Shown here piece after piece: positions 50,746-64,000 of a stretch of 64,000 nt of DNA. The stretch comes from Octopus sinensis. Taxonomy: Eukaryota. Position numbers and translations under genes: made by a program. Numbering within the stretch: position 1 is the stretch's first letter; every line of letters starts with the position of its first letter. Below the pieces are notes generated by a model. It saw only the letters and a list, made by a program, of their open reading frames with translations. It made no database searches and was not told where the DNA came from. The stretch is taken from assembly GCF_006345805.1 (NCBI RefSeq), contig NC_043015.1:47616001-47680000 (forward strand), in the 5' to 3' direction.

Positions 50746-53356
50746 TATATCTTTTCTTAAATCAACGATTAATTAATTAAACGGTAATTACATATAAATT
50801 ATTCTTTGTACAAGTCTAAGATAAGGCTGGCAGCATATTATTTCAGCAGTGGGGGTTAGTTATTAGTTTATTTCATCCACTTACCATTAGTTTCTGAGTT
50901 CAAATCCTATAAATGGTTATTTGGTCTCTAAGAAGGAATGCAATAGCTGAACTTTGTGCTGTTCATAGAGGAACAGAGGTTTGTTCCCTTAAGTTGTATA
51001 GGTTTTGTTGAATGCGCATGGCCTAGTGGTTAGGATGTTGCACTCGTGATCGCAAGATCGAGGTTTCGATTCCCGGACTGGGTGATGTGTTGTATTCTTG
51101 CGCAATGCGCAAAACATTTCATTTTACTTTGCTCCAATCCACTCAGTTGTAAGCGATCCACCTTGCAACAGACTGACGTCCCATTCAGGGCCCTGGTCAC
51201 TTGAACACAATGGAAACTTAGAATCTGGTTCCACGAACCCCAGGAGTCGAGACAATACTTATTTCTTACCAATTTCTTCTTACCTCAAGATGATTCATAG
51301 ACTTCACACGTTGCCGAACCACTTACATGTAACTAGTGTGTTATTTCTCAACAGGTGTGGCTGTGTGATAAGCTTGCATCGCGAACACATGGTTTTGCGC
51401 TCGGCGCCTTGGGCAAGTCTCTTCTTCTATAGAATAGACTGACCAAAGCTTTGTGAGTTGATTTGGTAGATGGAAACTGAAAAGAAGCCTGTTGTAATAC
51501 ACATCTATGTGTGCGGGATTTTGTGCCTATATTTGTCACCCAGCACCTCTTGATAATCGATGTTGGTGCGTTTATGTCCCTGCAACTTAGGGGTTCAGTA
51601 AAAAAGATTGTTAGAATAAGTACCGGGCTTAAAAAATAAATCCTGGGGTCGATTCGTTTGACTAAAAATTCTTCAAGGCACTGCTCCAGCATGGCCGCAG
51701 TCTAATGACTGAAACAAGAGAAAAAAGATTAAAAAAAAAAAGGAAAAGGTGTCTTGTCTTTGAAAATACTTTTATTCAAATTGGCACTCCGTTGGTTATG
51801 ACGATGAATATTCCAGTTGATCCATTCAACAGAACAGCCTGATAGGGAAATTAGGCGCAGGAGTGGCTGTGTGGTAAGTAGCTTGCTTACCAACCACATG
51901 GTTCCGGGTTCAGCCCCACTGTGTGGCACCTTGGGCAAGTGTCTTCTGCTATAGCCCTGGGCCGACCAAAGCCTTTTGAGTGGATTTGGTTGACAGAAAC
52001 TGAAAGAAGCCCGTCGTATGTGTGTGTGTGTATATGTTTGTGTGTCTGTGTTTGTCCCCCCCAGCATCACTTGACAACCGATGCGGGTGTGTTTTCGTCC
52101 CCGTAACTTAGCAGTTCGGCAAAAGATACTGATAGAATAAGTACTAGGCTTACAAAGAATAAGTCCTGGGGTCGATTTGTTCGACTAAAGGCGGTGCTCC
52201 AGCATGGCCGCAGTCAAATGACAGAAACAAATAAAGAGTATGCAAGTGGCGGAGCACGCCACAAACAGTCTTGCCCTTAATGTAGTTCCCAGGGAGGATT
52301 CAGTGTGACACAGAATGTGACAAATGTGACATGGCTGACGCCTTGAATTACTGGTACAACTCGTTTTTGCCAGCTGAGTTGGGTGCAGCAACGTGGTGGA
52401 GGCGCAATGGCCCAGTGGTTAGGGCAGCAGACTTGCATTCGGAGGATCGCGGTTTCAATTCCCAGGCCAGGCTTTCATCTATCTGTTGATGCTTTTGGTG
52501 TCGGGGGTTGACCTGCTTTCTCATATGCGCATTTTATGAATAGCAAAGGACCACGTTTCGGACTTCTCCCACTAATGGTACGAAGACCGCTTCGCTCAAC
52601 AAACGAACAAACAAACAAGCAGCAACGTGAAATAAAGTGTCTTGCTCGAAGACCCGACTCTCGGCCTTACGATTGTCAGCCAAATACCCTCCAGGGGGTC
52701 GGTGAACTTTTATAACCAATTGCCCCCAAAATACACCAATTCACTCTGACGTTACCCCCTTGATTTGAAAGGAAGAAAATCATAGATTCTCTGAATTCAA
52801 AAGGTTTATTGGATCTGTTTTATTGAATCTATATGAATCTGTTTACACGTCCGGGCAGATGCAATGTTTTTTTTATTTATTTTATGCACCCTTTTCAAGC
52901 CTAGCCAGTCTCATGGGCCCGGTTTCCCAGTTTCTGTGGCGTATGTGTTCCCCCCAGCTGGACGGGATGCCAGTCCATTGCAGCGTTACTCAAGAAACAG
53001 GAAGAAAGTGTGAGAGAAAGTTGCCACCACCCACTGCCGGAGTCTCGTGGAACTTTTTTAGGTGCTTTCGCTCAAAAAACACACACAACACCTGGTCTGG
53101 AAATCGAAACCACGATCCTCCTCCGACCGCGAATCTGCTGCCCTAACCATTGGGCCGTTGCACCTCCACAGATGCAATGTTACCAGAAGAAAAATTTCCG
53201 TCATAACAACACGTTTTTTACTTATGTCTAATGAGACCCCATTATCAAGAATTTCATTTTTACCCCACTTGGGGTAATTTAACCCGGTTTACCGACCCCT
53301 AAGATACACGACGCCTTCATTTCTTTTATTTATTACAAGTTTCAATATCATTTCAG

Positions 53357-53465
53357 GTTACAGTTGTGTCAACCGATATCGAGCCTGGAAACATGTCGCC
53401 CCAACCAGACGGCACACGAAGTTCATCTCCAGGACAAAAAGTTTGACTTGTTTAGTTATACGACT
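53357..53465 (+). CDS. Argos-like protein, coding exon 3
   Basis: Acceptor TTTCAATATCATTTCAG. Reads (K)LQLCQPISSLETCRPNQTAHEVHLQDKKFDLFSYTT. Donor GTAAGT, phase 2 to 0. Confidence 0.9.
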
Positions 53466-53734
53466 GTAAGTAAACCATTTTAAATCTGTAACACAGCTTT
53501 CTATAACATTGGCAGTTATCAATTTGAGATGCAGGCATGGCTGTTTGGTCAAAATGCTTGTATTGCAACCACATGGTTTCTAGTTCAATCCCAATACGCT
53601 GCATCTTGGGCAAGTGTCTTTTACTATAGCCCCATGTCGACCAATGCATTCTGCGTAAATTTAGTAGATAAAAACTGTGCGGAAGCCCGTCTTGTGCATG
53701 CATGTATGTGTATATATGTATGTATGTATGTATG

Positions 53735-53920
53735 AGAAATCTCGAGTTGCACATGAGAAAGTAAGGAGGGATGTCAGGAAGGGCATCGCTGTTACACTTC
53801 CAGATGGCAAGGGTCTTCCTATGATGCTGACATGCAGTGTCTGTGCAAGACCCTGCCTCAGTAAAGCTGGACTCAAGAGTCATCTTCGTAGTCATAAAGC
53901 GAGACAGATGAGTGTCAACC
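53735..53920 (+). mobile_element. LINE ORF2 C-terminal fragment with C2H2-like knuckle
   Basis: Reads LTCSVCARPCLSKAGLKSHLRSH, the C-terminal CxxC..H..H motif of RTE-like LINEs, with no splice context. Confidence 0.6.
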
Positions 53921-54765
53921 TGGCCACTGGTGGTGGTGAATCTGTCGGGCATGTGGAAGAGAGTCTAATTCAGCAGGAGGACTTAAACGACATGCAAAAG
54001 TACATGAAGCCCAGTTACAACTACAGCCAGCTATTACCAGTAAAGGTTTTAGTTGCCAATTCTGTACAAGACACGGTAGATCTTTAGCTGGGCTAAAAAG
54101 TCACAGTCAATCACAGCACTAGTAACAGTTAAGTTCCGTGCAATGGCCATACTCAATTACGAAGGGGCAGCCATAACATGTATGTATGTAAGTGTGACCT
54201 GGTAACAATAAAATATTTTGGTACAGTTAAGAGATGGAAGAACAGACGTCTGTGAAAAGTTGCAAACAAAAGCTATTATCGTTAACAAAAAAATGTCTTT
54301 GCAAAGAACTATAAAAGATAGATACCAGTACCAAGTGCTACAGTTCGCATGAGATCTATATGGTAGCAATGACAGTTGACTGCATTTCGGGCAGTTACAC
54401 TTGAGATGGTTTGATCTGGTTGCCCCCAAAAGACTCTAAGCTAAGAGCATTAGATGTCAAATAAAAGGCATCAAAGACAAAATTGTTAATAACATTCATG
54501 TTTCTACCAAAAATTTTAATGGACAGTTGCTTGTTGATATCTTCAATCTTTGACAGAATCCTTTTTGTATTATTTACTTATGTTTTGTTTGAAAACCGTG
54601 ATTCATTTGATTCACTTTAGATTGGTGCTTGGAACTCTGTCAAATATTCTTGTTACAAGCTTTAGGCTTTTTTGAGGGGTGGGGTTACTATAAAACTCAT
54701 TTATGTATAAAACATCTCATTTTGTATTACATCTGCAAAATTTATCAAAATTATTTTATCTTCAG

Positions 54766-54888
54766 GTGAAATGCTTATGTCCTCATCACCTTGAATACCT
54801 GCCCGGTCCCTTCAATCGATCAGTGAAATATGGTAATACCAACTTTGTTACAAACCATGTTGTGCACCATTATACTTGCAACATTCCG
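54766..54888 (+). CDS. Argos-like protein, coding exon 4 (final exon not found in the window)
   Basis: Acceptor TTATTTTATCTTCAG. Reads VKCLCPHHLEYLPGPFNRSVKYGNTNFVTNHVVHHYTCNIP. Donor CCG|GTAAGT, phase 0. Confidence 0.9.
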
Positions 54889-56742
54889 GTAAGTAAGCAA
54901 ATATTGTTCGTAACCAAATATATTTTGTTGTTGGCTTTAAAATTGTTCTACCCACAGCTTTGTTACTGTTTTTGTCTTGTTCATTACAAAAGAAACTCTA
55001 GTTTATTTTCCTATGTTCTGAATTAAAATCCCACGCAGGGTTTCTTCTTTCCAGGATTAATAAAATAGCACCAATCATGTACTGAGACCGCTGTCATTCA
55101 TTGTATTCCTCTTGAAAAAAAATCTGTGATATTGCATTGTTGGAAAAAATTGCTGTTTTAATTCCAAAATTTTGAGGCGTGGCTACATGGTAAGAAGTTT
55201 GCTTTTCAGCCACATGGTTCTGAGTTCAGTCCTACTGCGTGGAAAATTAGGCAAGTGTCTTCTACTATAGCCTTGGGATGACCAAAGCCTTGTGAGTGGA
55301 TTTGGTTGACAGAAACTGAAATAAGTTCATCGTGTGTGTGTGAGACCACCACTTGACAACCAGTGTTAGTGTGTTAATGTCCTTATACCAATCTTAAAAT
55401 ATAATAAGTACTGGGATCGATTCGTTCGACTAAAATTCTTTAAGGTTGTAACCTAGCATGACCGTATTCTAATGACTGAAAGAAGTAAAAGATCAAAGGT
55501 AAAACATAAATGTAGGAATATTTAGAAATATATTTCAACAGACATAGCTGTATGAATAAGAAACTTTCTTTCCAACCATGCATTCTTGGGTTCAGTCCCA
55601 CTGCCTGACACCTTGGGCATCTTCAACAAGAACCTTGGTCTTCACATGCATAAGTAGGCAAGTCCTAACTCACTAAGAGTTACATACCCATTGGCTTACC
55701 CTCACCCAGTTTAGCCCACTATTTGAAGCGGTTTACTGGGGTGTAGCTGCCATTACATGCGAACAGCTACTTGGTGCCACAGATGAGAGTTAATTGCCAT
55801 CCCTCATAATACAATATGTTCTGCATCAAAGGTGCCACTCCTCCTTAACATCCTATGCACTTTGAGATGGTGCAACCAGGAATACAGTATCAAGTTGTAC
55901 TTCATTCTTTAAGATGTTGAAGAATAATATAATTGAAATTTGCTCACTATTTCAGCTAAATATCATTTGAATAGCTATATAAAGAGGTTCTCTTTGTGTT
56001 ATCGATGACTAGTTGTGGTTTAAACCAAAGTCAGCCTTTATTTTATATATATATATATGTTTTGTTCTATATTATTATGTTTGACCTTAATGTTCATATG
56101 TAGTGGTTTAATAAATTATGTGATTGGGTATTATCTGGTAGTTGATCATTGATTAAGATGTGTTTCTCCATTTTCTTATTTTGTATATATATATATATAT
56201 ATATAATAACAAAATAATAAATAAAACATATGCATATATACATACATATATGTATGTACCTACATCTATATGTATATATACATGCATATATAGGTACAGG
56301 ACACCAAAAAAAACGTCGAACTCAATGAGAAACGAAAACATAAACACAAAACCAAGAAATGGACATTTTTCTTAAACAACGAAAAAATAAGACATACAAC
56401 ACAAGGAAATAACAAGACATACAACACATGGAACATTCCCCTTCTTCAGCCGACTCTGTTTCATCTACTCCACATTTCAAATGTAAAGGCGAGACACGAC
56501 TTCATTGAAACAATCCTTCCCGCAAAAGCAAATTAAATAAAATTTGAGATTTTTTTGCAGAGGGGTAAAAGTGGTAACAAAAACAGGACAGTAAAAACAA
56601 TACAAAATATAAACAGTAAAAGACAGGACAAGGAGAATAACAGTAACACGAACATTAAGGGCTGTTAAGCCAGAACGAATGAAAAAATATTTTTGTACGT
56701 ACCTACATCTATATGTATATATACATGCAAAAAAACGTCGAA

Positions 56743-56754
<12 letters not shown>

Positions 56755-56813
<59 letters not shown>

Positions 56814-57008
56814 TGTGTATATGTATATATATGTATGTATATATATATATGTATATATATATATATGTATATATATGTATATATATATGTGTATATATAT
56901 ATGTATGTATATATATGTATATATATATGTATGTATATATATGTATATATATGTATGTATCTATATATATATATATCATCATCATCATCATCATTTATGT
57001 ATGTATGC

Positions 57009-57055
<47 letters not shown>

Positions 57056-57095
57056 ATATATAATATATATATATATATATAAATATATCTATCTA
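56755..57095. repeat. Compound (TG)n/(TA)n/(TATG)n microsatellite
   Basis: Seen directly. It explains the Y/I/H/T-rich ORFs. Confidence 0.97.
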
Positions 57096-57746
57096 CATAG
57101 TATACGTGTGTATTTATACTATATATGTATACCTATTTGTGTGGAGGTGGGGTGCGAGATCAAAAATATAGACTACAGTGATTTGTGATAAAAAAAAATA
57201 AATGCGCCCTTTTAAAGCCTAGCCAGGCTCATGGGCCCGGTTTCCCGGTTTCTATGGCATATGTGTTCCCCAGCTGGGCGGAACGCTAGTCCATCGCAGC
57301 GTTACTCATTTTTGCCAGCTGAGTGAACTGGAGCAACGTGAAATGAAGTGTTCTACTCAAGAACACAATGCGTTGCCCGGTCCAGGAATCGAAACCACAA
57401 TCTTACGATCATGATGCTGACACCCCTAACCACTAAGCCACGTGCTTCCACACAGTGATTCATGAATAGAAAATATGCTTATTTGTTTGCAAACTTTCAT
57501 TTTTATTTCTTCTCATTTTCAGAATAATGGAAATTAAATATGTTGGACAATTGAAAGCTTTATGGTGGAAAATAAGTTGACCAATCACTAAAGGATAACC
57601 AATATTATGACACAAAAATATCCAAAAAGAAAATTTTAGTATATACGCATCGTTTGATTAGAATCTGTGAAATATTCCGATGATCAGATTATTCTCTATG
57701 AAAATAAAATATTTCTAATACATCATGGTTGTTCCTTATTTTTTTT

Positions 57747-58157
57747 GCATCTTTTCAGTTTGAACGGCAGTTTTTTTTAGTGGTGTCATATGAAATTGTC
57801 ACCCATAATTATGACCCTAGTATCGATCTATTGCATTTCAATGTTTTAGGGTTAGGGTTAGGGGTGGGAGGAAGGGTATTTTTTTTCTTCAGAAATGTAA
57901 ATAAACTCAATCTGTTTCTTAAACGAGGGACATATTCATATGGCACAGAATGTTTTCACCTCAATAGACGTCATTGATTGGTTGAAATTGCAGAAATAGA
58001 AGAAAAGACAACAAATATCTTACAAACTATAGAATTTTCTCAATAAAGCCAAGAGAAAAAGATGTTTTATAAACACATTCTACCAGTATACGAAGTTTAA
58101 AAGTGTTTAGTTATGTGGAAGTTATTTTAAAAACTTCCATTCAAACCGAAAAGCTCC
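57747..58157. mobile_element. hAT-type MITE (diverged TIRs)
   Basis: GCATCTTTTCAGTTTGAACGGCAG ... AACCGAAAAGCTCC, inserted in a T tract. Confidence 0.85.
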
Positions 58158-58199
58158 TTTTTTTTAATAAATAATAATAATAATAATTGTGTACAGTGC

Positions 58200-58560
58200 T
58201 CAGGTGCACTACAACTCATCTAAAGTGTATATATAATCAGGTGTAGTTTCGGTGGATTTCGGAAAGCATCCTTAAAGGATGCAGTGTCATGGCAGTCAAC
58301 AACTGATGCAGGCAGTTTATTCCATGCTTCAGCAACTCTGAGCGTGAAAAAATGTTTCCGAAAGTCATGGGAGCTGTGCTGTTTTCTGACTTTGTAGGCA
58401 TGCCCACGTGTGTTAGACACATGGAGATCAAAAAGGTGTTCAGTGTTGTTGTTGGTGAGGTGGTTGATAACTTTATGGGTGCTTACCAAGTCCGTCGCCA
58501 GACGCCGGAGCTTCAGTGAATCCATGCCCAGGGAAACAAGGCGCTCAGAATATGGTAGGT
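58200..58560 (-). mobile_element. CR1-like LINE 3' fragment
   Basis: Reads SLKLRRLATDL..TRGHAYKVRK..RKHFFTLRVAEAWNKLP, the CR1 C-terminal motif. Confidence 0.85.
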
Positions 58561-61499
58561 GTCTGATGGAGGGTATTACTTGTTTCAGTCATTGGACTGT
58601 AGCCATGCTGGGGTACCGCCTTAAAGGGTTTAGTCGAACAAATCGACCCCAGGACTTATTTTTTAAAGTCTGGTGTTTATTGTATTAGTCTTTTTGTTGA
58701 ATTGCTCAATTTCATGGACATAAATAAACCAACACCAGCCTTCGAGTGGTGATGGGGAGACAAACAAAAACACAAACACACGCATACATATACATGATGG
58801 GAGATAGTTACATAGTTTCCATCTTCTATATTCACCGACAGGGCATTGGTCAGTCTGGTACTATATTCAAAGACACTTGTCCAAAGTACCGTGCTGTGGG
58901 ACTGAACCCAAAACCACGTGGTTGCAATGTAAACTTCTTAACCACACAGCCATGCCTACTAAGATGCCTTAAAAAGTCTGCTGTTGTTTGTCAACAAGAA
59001 CTTCCGGTGGTGTATACATCATCATCATCATTATCATCGTTTAACATCCGCTTTCCATGCTAGCATGGGTTGGACGGTTCAACTGGGGTCTGGGAAGCCC
59101 GAAGGCTGCACCAGGCTCCAGTCAGATCTGGCAGTGTTTCTACAGCTGGATGCCGCCCTTCCTAATGCCAACCACTCCGTGAGTGTAGTGGGTGCTTTTT
59201 ACGTGCCACCAACACAGGTGCCAGACATCAATTATACAAACACTGTGAAAGGTGTATATGTGTCTGTCTGTGTATGGGAGAGAGGAAGAAAGAGGAGAAA
59301 AGAGAAAAAGAGAAAGAAAAGCAAAAGAGAGTGTATGTGTATGTGTGTGTGTGTATGTGTGTGTCCCCAAGTCAGAAACAGACTATGTACAAGCAGGGAA
59401 GACCTATGCGGTTGGCTACTTTTTGATTCACCTCATGCATTAGCCAAAAGTAGTAATGATGCAAGAAGGTAGGAAAGTAACGATGGCATCTGTCCCACCT
59501 GCTATGTACTCCCGTGGCACCTGGCACTTCTTTCTCACTTGGTTTTTTTTTTTTTGTTTTAAGCTTGAAGGAAATACCAAAAATGTTGGGTTTTATCTTT
59601 ACACTGGATCTGCCTCTTTCACAGCAAATCTGGTGCCACGGGGAAAATGCACACTTCCAGTACCACTATAACGTTTCAGTATAGAAGCCCGTCGTATATA
59701 TATAAAGTTGGTCCCTTGCCGAACCGCTAAGTTACAAGGACGTATACACACGAACATCGGTTGTCAAGCGATGGTGGGGCGTACAAACACAGACACACTA
59801 ACATACACACACACACACAAACACACACATATATATATATATGACGGGCTTCTTTCACATCATCAGTCTTAGATCTGTAATATGTATGTATGTATGTATG
59901 TTTGTATGTATGTATATGTGTGTATGTACGTATGTATGAGTGTGTGTATCTTTGTGTTGTGTTTGTCTGCCACCACCACCACCACTTGACAACCAGTGTT
60001 GGTTTGTTTACGTCCTTGTAACTTAGAGTTTCGGTAAAAAAAAAAAACTGTTTTAATAAGTACCAAATTTAGAAAAAACCCTTCAAGGCGGTGCCCCAGT
60101 TCAATGATTGCAATAAGTAAAAGAAAGAAAGAAAAAAGATCTTTTCACTTTGACCGACAGATTTTTAAAATAATTTCTTTGTAACTAAACACTTTTAAAC
60201 TTCGTATACTGGTAGAATGTGTTTATAAAACATCTTTTTCTCTTGGCTTTCTTGAGAAAATTCTGTAGTTTGTAAGCTATTTGCTGTTTAATTTCTTGCA
60301 TTTCGGCAATTTCAACCAATCAATGACGTCTATTGAGGTGAATACAATTTCTGCGGTCCTAGCTCAACGCCATTAATTTAAGCAGATTATGCAACGCCAT
60401 AGCCACAAACTGTATGCTGGGATTAGTTATTTTCGTTGGGGAGGATATTACTTTAGAGAGATTGTGAAACCTATCTTTTTTAAAAGTAAACTCATAAACA
60501 CAAATATCTTGCTTTGATCAAGACAGAATCATATCCAATACAGATAAACAGATACGTACTTTTGATTTAACGAACTCGATACACGATAACACTAACAAAA
60601 GACACGGAGTGATAAAAACAAAAGATTAAGAAAAATTATCGGTGTATTGCATTAATACTTCCGTTTAAATTATAAAACTACGATAATAGTTATCGATTGG
60701 CTTTTGTTATAGTAATAAGCTATTTTATAGCTTATATAAACGCTCAAGATAAAAGGCGGGAAAATAGCGTTTAGAAGGTACCATTTTAAAAGTAATAATC
60801 CTTTCTACTATCGGAACGATGTCTGAAATTTGAGGGGAATATTGTTTTTGCAGGAGTGGAAAGGCAACGTCGACCTTGGCTTGAACTTAGAACAACAAAA
60901 CGAACGAAATGCCGCTATTCATTTTTCCCGCTGTGCTAACGATTCTGCCACCTCGCCAATAATAACTAACAATAGTAAAAAGAAAAAAAAATGGCGGGTT
61001 ACTCCTCATACAGATAATACCTGCATTATACCCGGGAGCAAAGGCGGCCAGCTGGCAGAATCGTTAGCACGCCGGACGAAATGCTTTGCGGTATTTCGTG
61101 CGCCGCTGCGTTCTGAGTTCAAATTCCGCCGAAGTCGACTTTGCCTTTCATCCTTTCGGGGTCGATAAATTAAGTACCAGTTACGCATTGAGGTCGATGT
61201 AATCGACTTAATACTTATGTCTGTCCTTGTTTGTCCCCTCTGTGTTTAGCCCCTTGTGGGCAATAAAGAAATAAGAATCGTCAGCGTTCCATGTAAAATA
61301 CTTGGCGACATTTCGTCCATCTTTACAATCTGAGTTCAAATTCAACTGAGGTCGACTTTACTTTTATCCTTCGAGGTCGATAAAATAAGTGCTAGTGGGA
61401 TCGATGTAATCTACTTACCCCTCTCCTAAAATTGCTAGATATATTAAATAATGTATTAAATTGTTGTTTGTATTATTAGTTATCCAAATTGTGGAAGAA

Positions 61500-61870
61500 G
61501 TGGTATTCGTTGAGTTCATATGGAACTCACTTATCCAAATTTTTCACTTTACCGATTTGAACTAGGTGAGTCAATATTGTTTGCTTGCTAACACCAAACA
61601 ACAACGGTAATTCACGGGCATTTTGAGATGAATGTGACTCAACGGTGGCTTCCAGTTCGTCATTATTCACCTTTGTTTCTGGTCGACCGTGCTGCTCATT
61701 TGTAAGGTCAAAGTTACCAGAACGAAATTTTGCAAACCAATTTGATACTGTCTGCTGTGTAATAACATTAGAATGAAATATTCCATTAAAATTCCGAGCT
61801 ATCTGTGATGCTGTATTTCCAAGAAAGAACTCATATTTCAAAACTGTACGAATTTCCAGCTTATCCATCT
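61500..61870 (-). mobile_element. Mariner transposase N-terminal fragment (HTH)
   Basis: Reads MDKLEIRTVLKYEF..TVSNWFAKFRSGNFDLTNEQHGRPETKV..IGKVKNLDK(WVP). Confidence 0.88.
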
Positions 61871-63645
61871 CTAAATAAAAATAGCAAAAAATGATTTATA
61901 AATAATTTATAAAGCGCAAAATGAGTCAAAATAAAGACATAGATGTGTCAGCTTTCTTAGAAAAAATAAGATTGTCAAAATATAATTAACGAGCAAAACG
62001 CCCCCCCCCCGGTCCAATGTACGGTGCTGAGTTGTCAAACATTTAAACCAAATATTCTCAAAACAACTTGTCCGACCGTCCCATAGGCCTCCCCTTTGAG
62101 AAACACTGATTTAACCTAAATTTGAGACACCAGCAAAAGAAGAAATAAAGATAGACTTTTTTCTATTCTAAAGAAAAACGATTTTATTCACACAAATATG
62201 CCACCGAAGAGTTTAAAGTACCAGTAATGATAAGGCTGTTGACTGGGAGAACACAAACATGGTTTAAATAGTAAGCTTGGCAGGAAAGAAACGTGCCTTT
62301 AAGCAGTACAAAAACAATAAAAAATGGAAGGTGCAGTTATGTACAGGTTGACAGAAGAAAAGCACGTTCCCACAGCTTTATCGATCGCATTCTCACCTGG
62401 AATCGATTTTTGTAAATTTTTCAAGACTTATACACGTCCTGATACCGTCGGTAGCTACATATCAAATTTGAGCGCAATTGGATGGAGGATGCCCGAGATC
62501 CTAGAAGAGACACACACACAGACAGACGGAACGGATTTTATATAATAGATGGCGCAAAATGAGCAGCTGTCAGAGTTTACCATATACCTTACTACAAATT
62601 TCATACGTGACAACCAAATAAATAATGTACTCCAGGTACACTATGCCCAAAAACAAAAACAAAAAAAAACAGGGTAGTCGCGGCTGAAATGTTCAAAGCG
62701 ATCACTCCTACTCGATAAACACTGAAACGGCAAACGGCTTGCAAATCTGGCAACCACTTCTAATCTATGTTTTAAATAAGATTATTTAAAGTTTATCTGA
62801 TTTGTAATCTGGATTAATTAGGTTTATCATAAATATTGTTGTGCTGTGATGTCACTGCTAATAACGAAAAGAGCTGCCCTGTACGGCAATTGTTGTGTCT
62901 GGACCTTGTTTAACTGTTACTGTTTTGGGACCATGTACTGAATGAAGTAAGTAGCTATTTTCCCTTCAAACAATTATTGTACCTGTTGTGCCAAAAAATC
63001 ATTGACAAGGATTTTTCTCCAAGCACGTGTGTGTGTGTGCGCGCTAGTACGTCGTGCATGCGTGCGTGTGTATGTGTGTATATATATGTAGTTTTTTCTT
63101 TACTAGTTTCAGCTCGAGAACTGCGGCCATGCTGGGGCATCGCGGTCAGCTTTGCTATACTTTCGCTACGTGAAACCTCCTCTGACATGTGGTATTCGGT
63201 GAATGGGGGAGTTTGATGTTGCTACCCTCATCTGCATTTTTAGCCTCGAGGTAGGTTCATCCGGAAATCTTAACAGGAGGAGATCCAGATTTGTTTTGAA
63301 AACGCCTACATCCACCTCATGTAGGTCTCTCAGGTTTTTGAGAGGATATTGAAGACCTATGGGCCTTTGACACCCAAGCTGTTGCAATATCTGGCCCTGT
63401 ATCCTGATGGTAACATTGGGATTTTTGGTACTAAGCAGTGTGCTCCATTCTGCCTGTTTGTGTTAACTTTCAATGCCAAAGTTTGGTACAAGTTCTTCAA
63501 GGATTTTCCAGATGTATATCACTGCATATCTTTCCCCGCTTTGTTGTATGGAGTTAGTATCTTTTGCTGAACCACTAAGTTACAAGGACATATACACACC
63601 AACATCGGTTGTCAAGCGATGGTGTGGGTACAAATACAGCCACAC

Positions 63646-63699
<54 letters not shown>

Positions 63700-64000
63700 C
63701 TACGAAGGACTTCTTTCACTTTCTGTCTACCAAATCCACTCACAAGGCTTTTGTCGGCCCGAGACTATAGTAGAAGGCACTTGCCCAAGGTGTCACGCAG
63801 TGGGACTAAACCCGGAACCACACAGCCACGCCTGCATACTATAATTTAATAATGCGTGTATAAAACAACATATAATATAATGCAAAAACATTCTGCAGGG
63901 TGCGATAGTCGATAACATAGAAATAAAATTTAAAATTTATTCTTTCTGTGACCCGGTATCAAAATGATCCACCGCCTGATCCCTGATACTGATCCCTAGT

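Noticed and set aside
53677-54087. C2H2 zinc-finger gene
   Set aside because: It is a single knuckle preceded by microsatellite, matches a LINE ORF2 C-terminus, and lies in an intron of the Argos-like gene.
54958-55026. LCYCFCLVHYKRNSSLFSYVLN* as the final Argos-like exon
   Set aside because: An AG precedes it only ~70 bp after the exon 4 donor, but the Cys spacing does not fit the expected 6-Cys third module. It is probably chance intronic sequence.

Overview
Eukaryotic, AT-rich and microsatellite-rich genomic DNA, dominated by repeats. The SINE/LINE/MITE repertoire looks most like an octopus (cephalopod) genome; this is inferred from repeat style, not from a database match. Three protein-coding genes could be reconstructed by hand from splice signals, and the ORF track largely misses them. 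(1) Coding exon 1 of AP-3 complex subunit sigma (AP3S), minus strand 279-347, running out of the left edge. (2) A two-coding-exon minus-strand gene (12378-12580, 8682-8766) for an unrecognised 95-aa single-pass membrane protein. (3) A plus-strand gene (exons 47753-47857, 49924-50099, 53357-53465, 54766-54888; last exon not found in the window) for a secreted Cys-rich protein with the Cys spacing of Argos/giant-lens and centipede scoloptoxin-11. The rest is transposon debris: RTE, CR1-like and R4/Dong-like LINEs, several tRNA-derived SINE families, a hAT-type MITE with 8-bp TSDs and internal telomere-like hexamers, mariner, Helitron and Gypsy remnants, and Penelope-type repeats with hammerhead ribozyme motifs. 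The most unusual element is a tRNA-headed, hammerhead-tailed SINE found as head-to-head inverted dimers at two loci. No rRNA, bona fide tRNA or CRISPR array was found.
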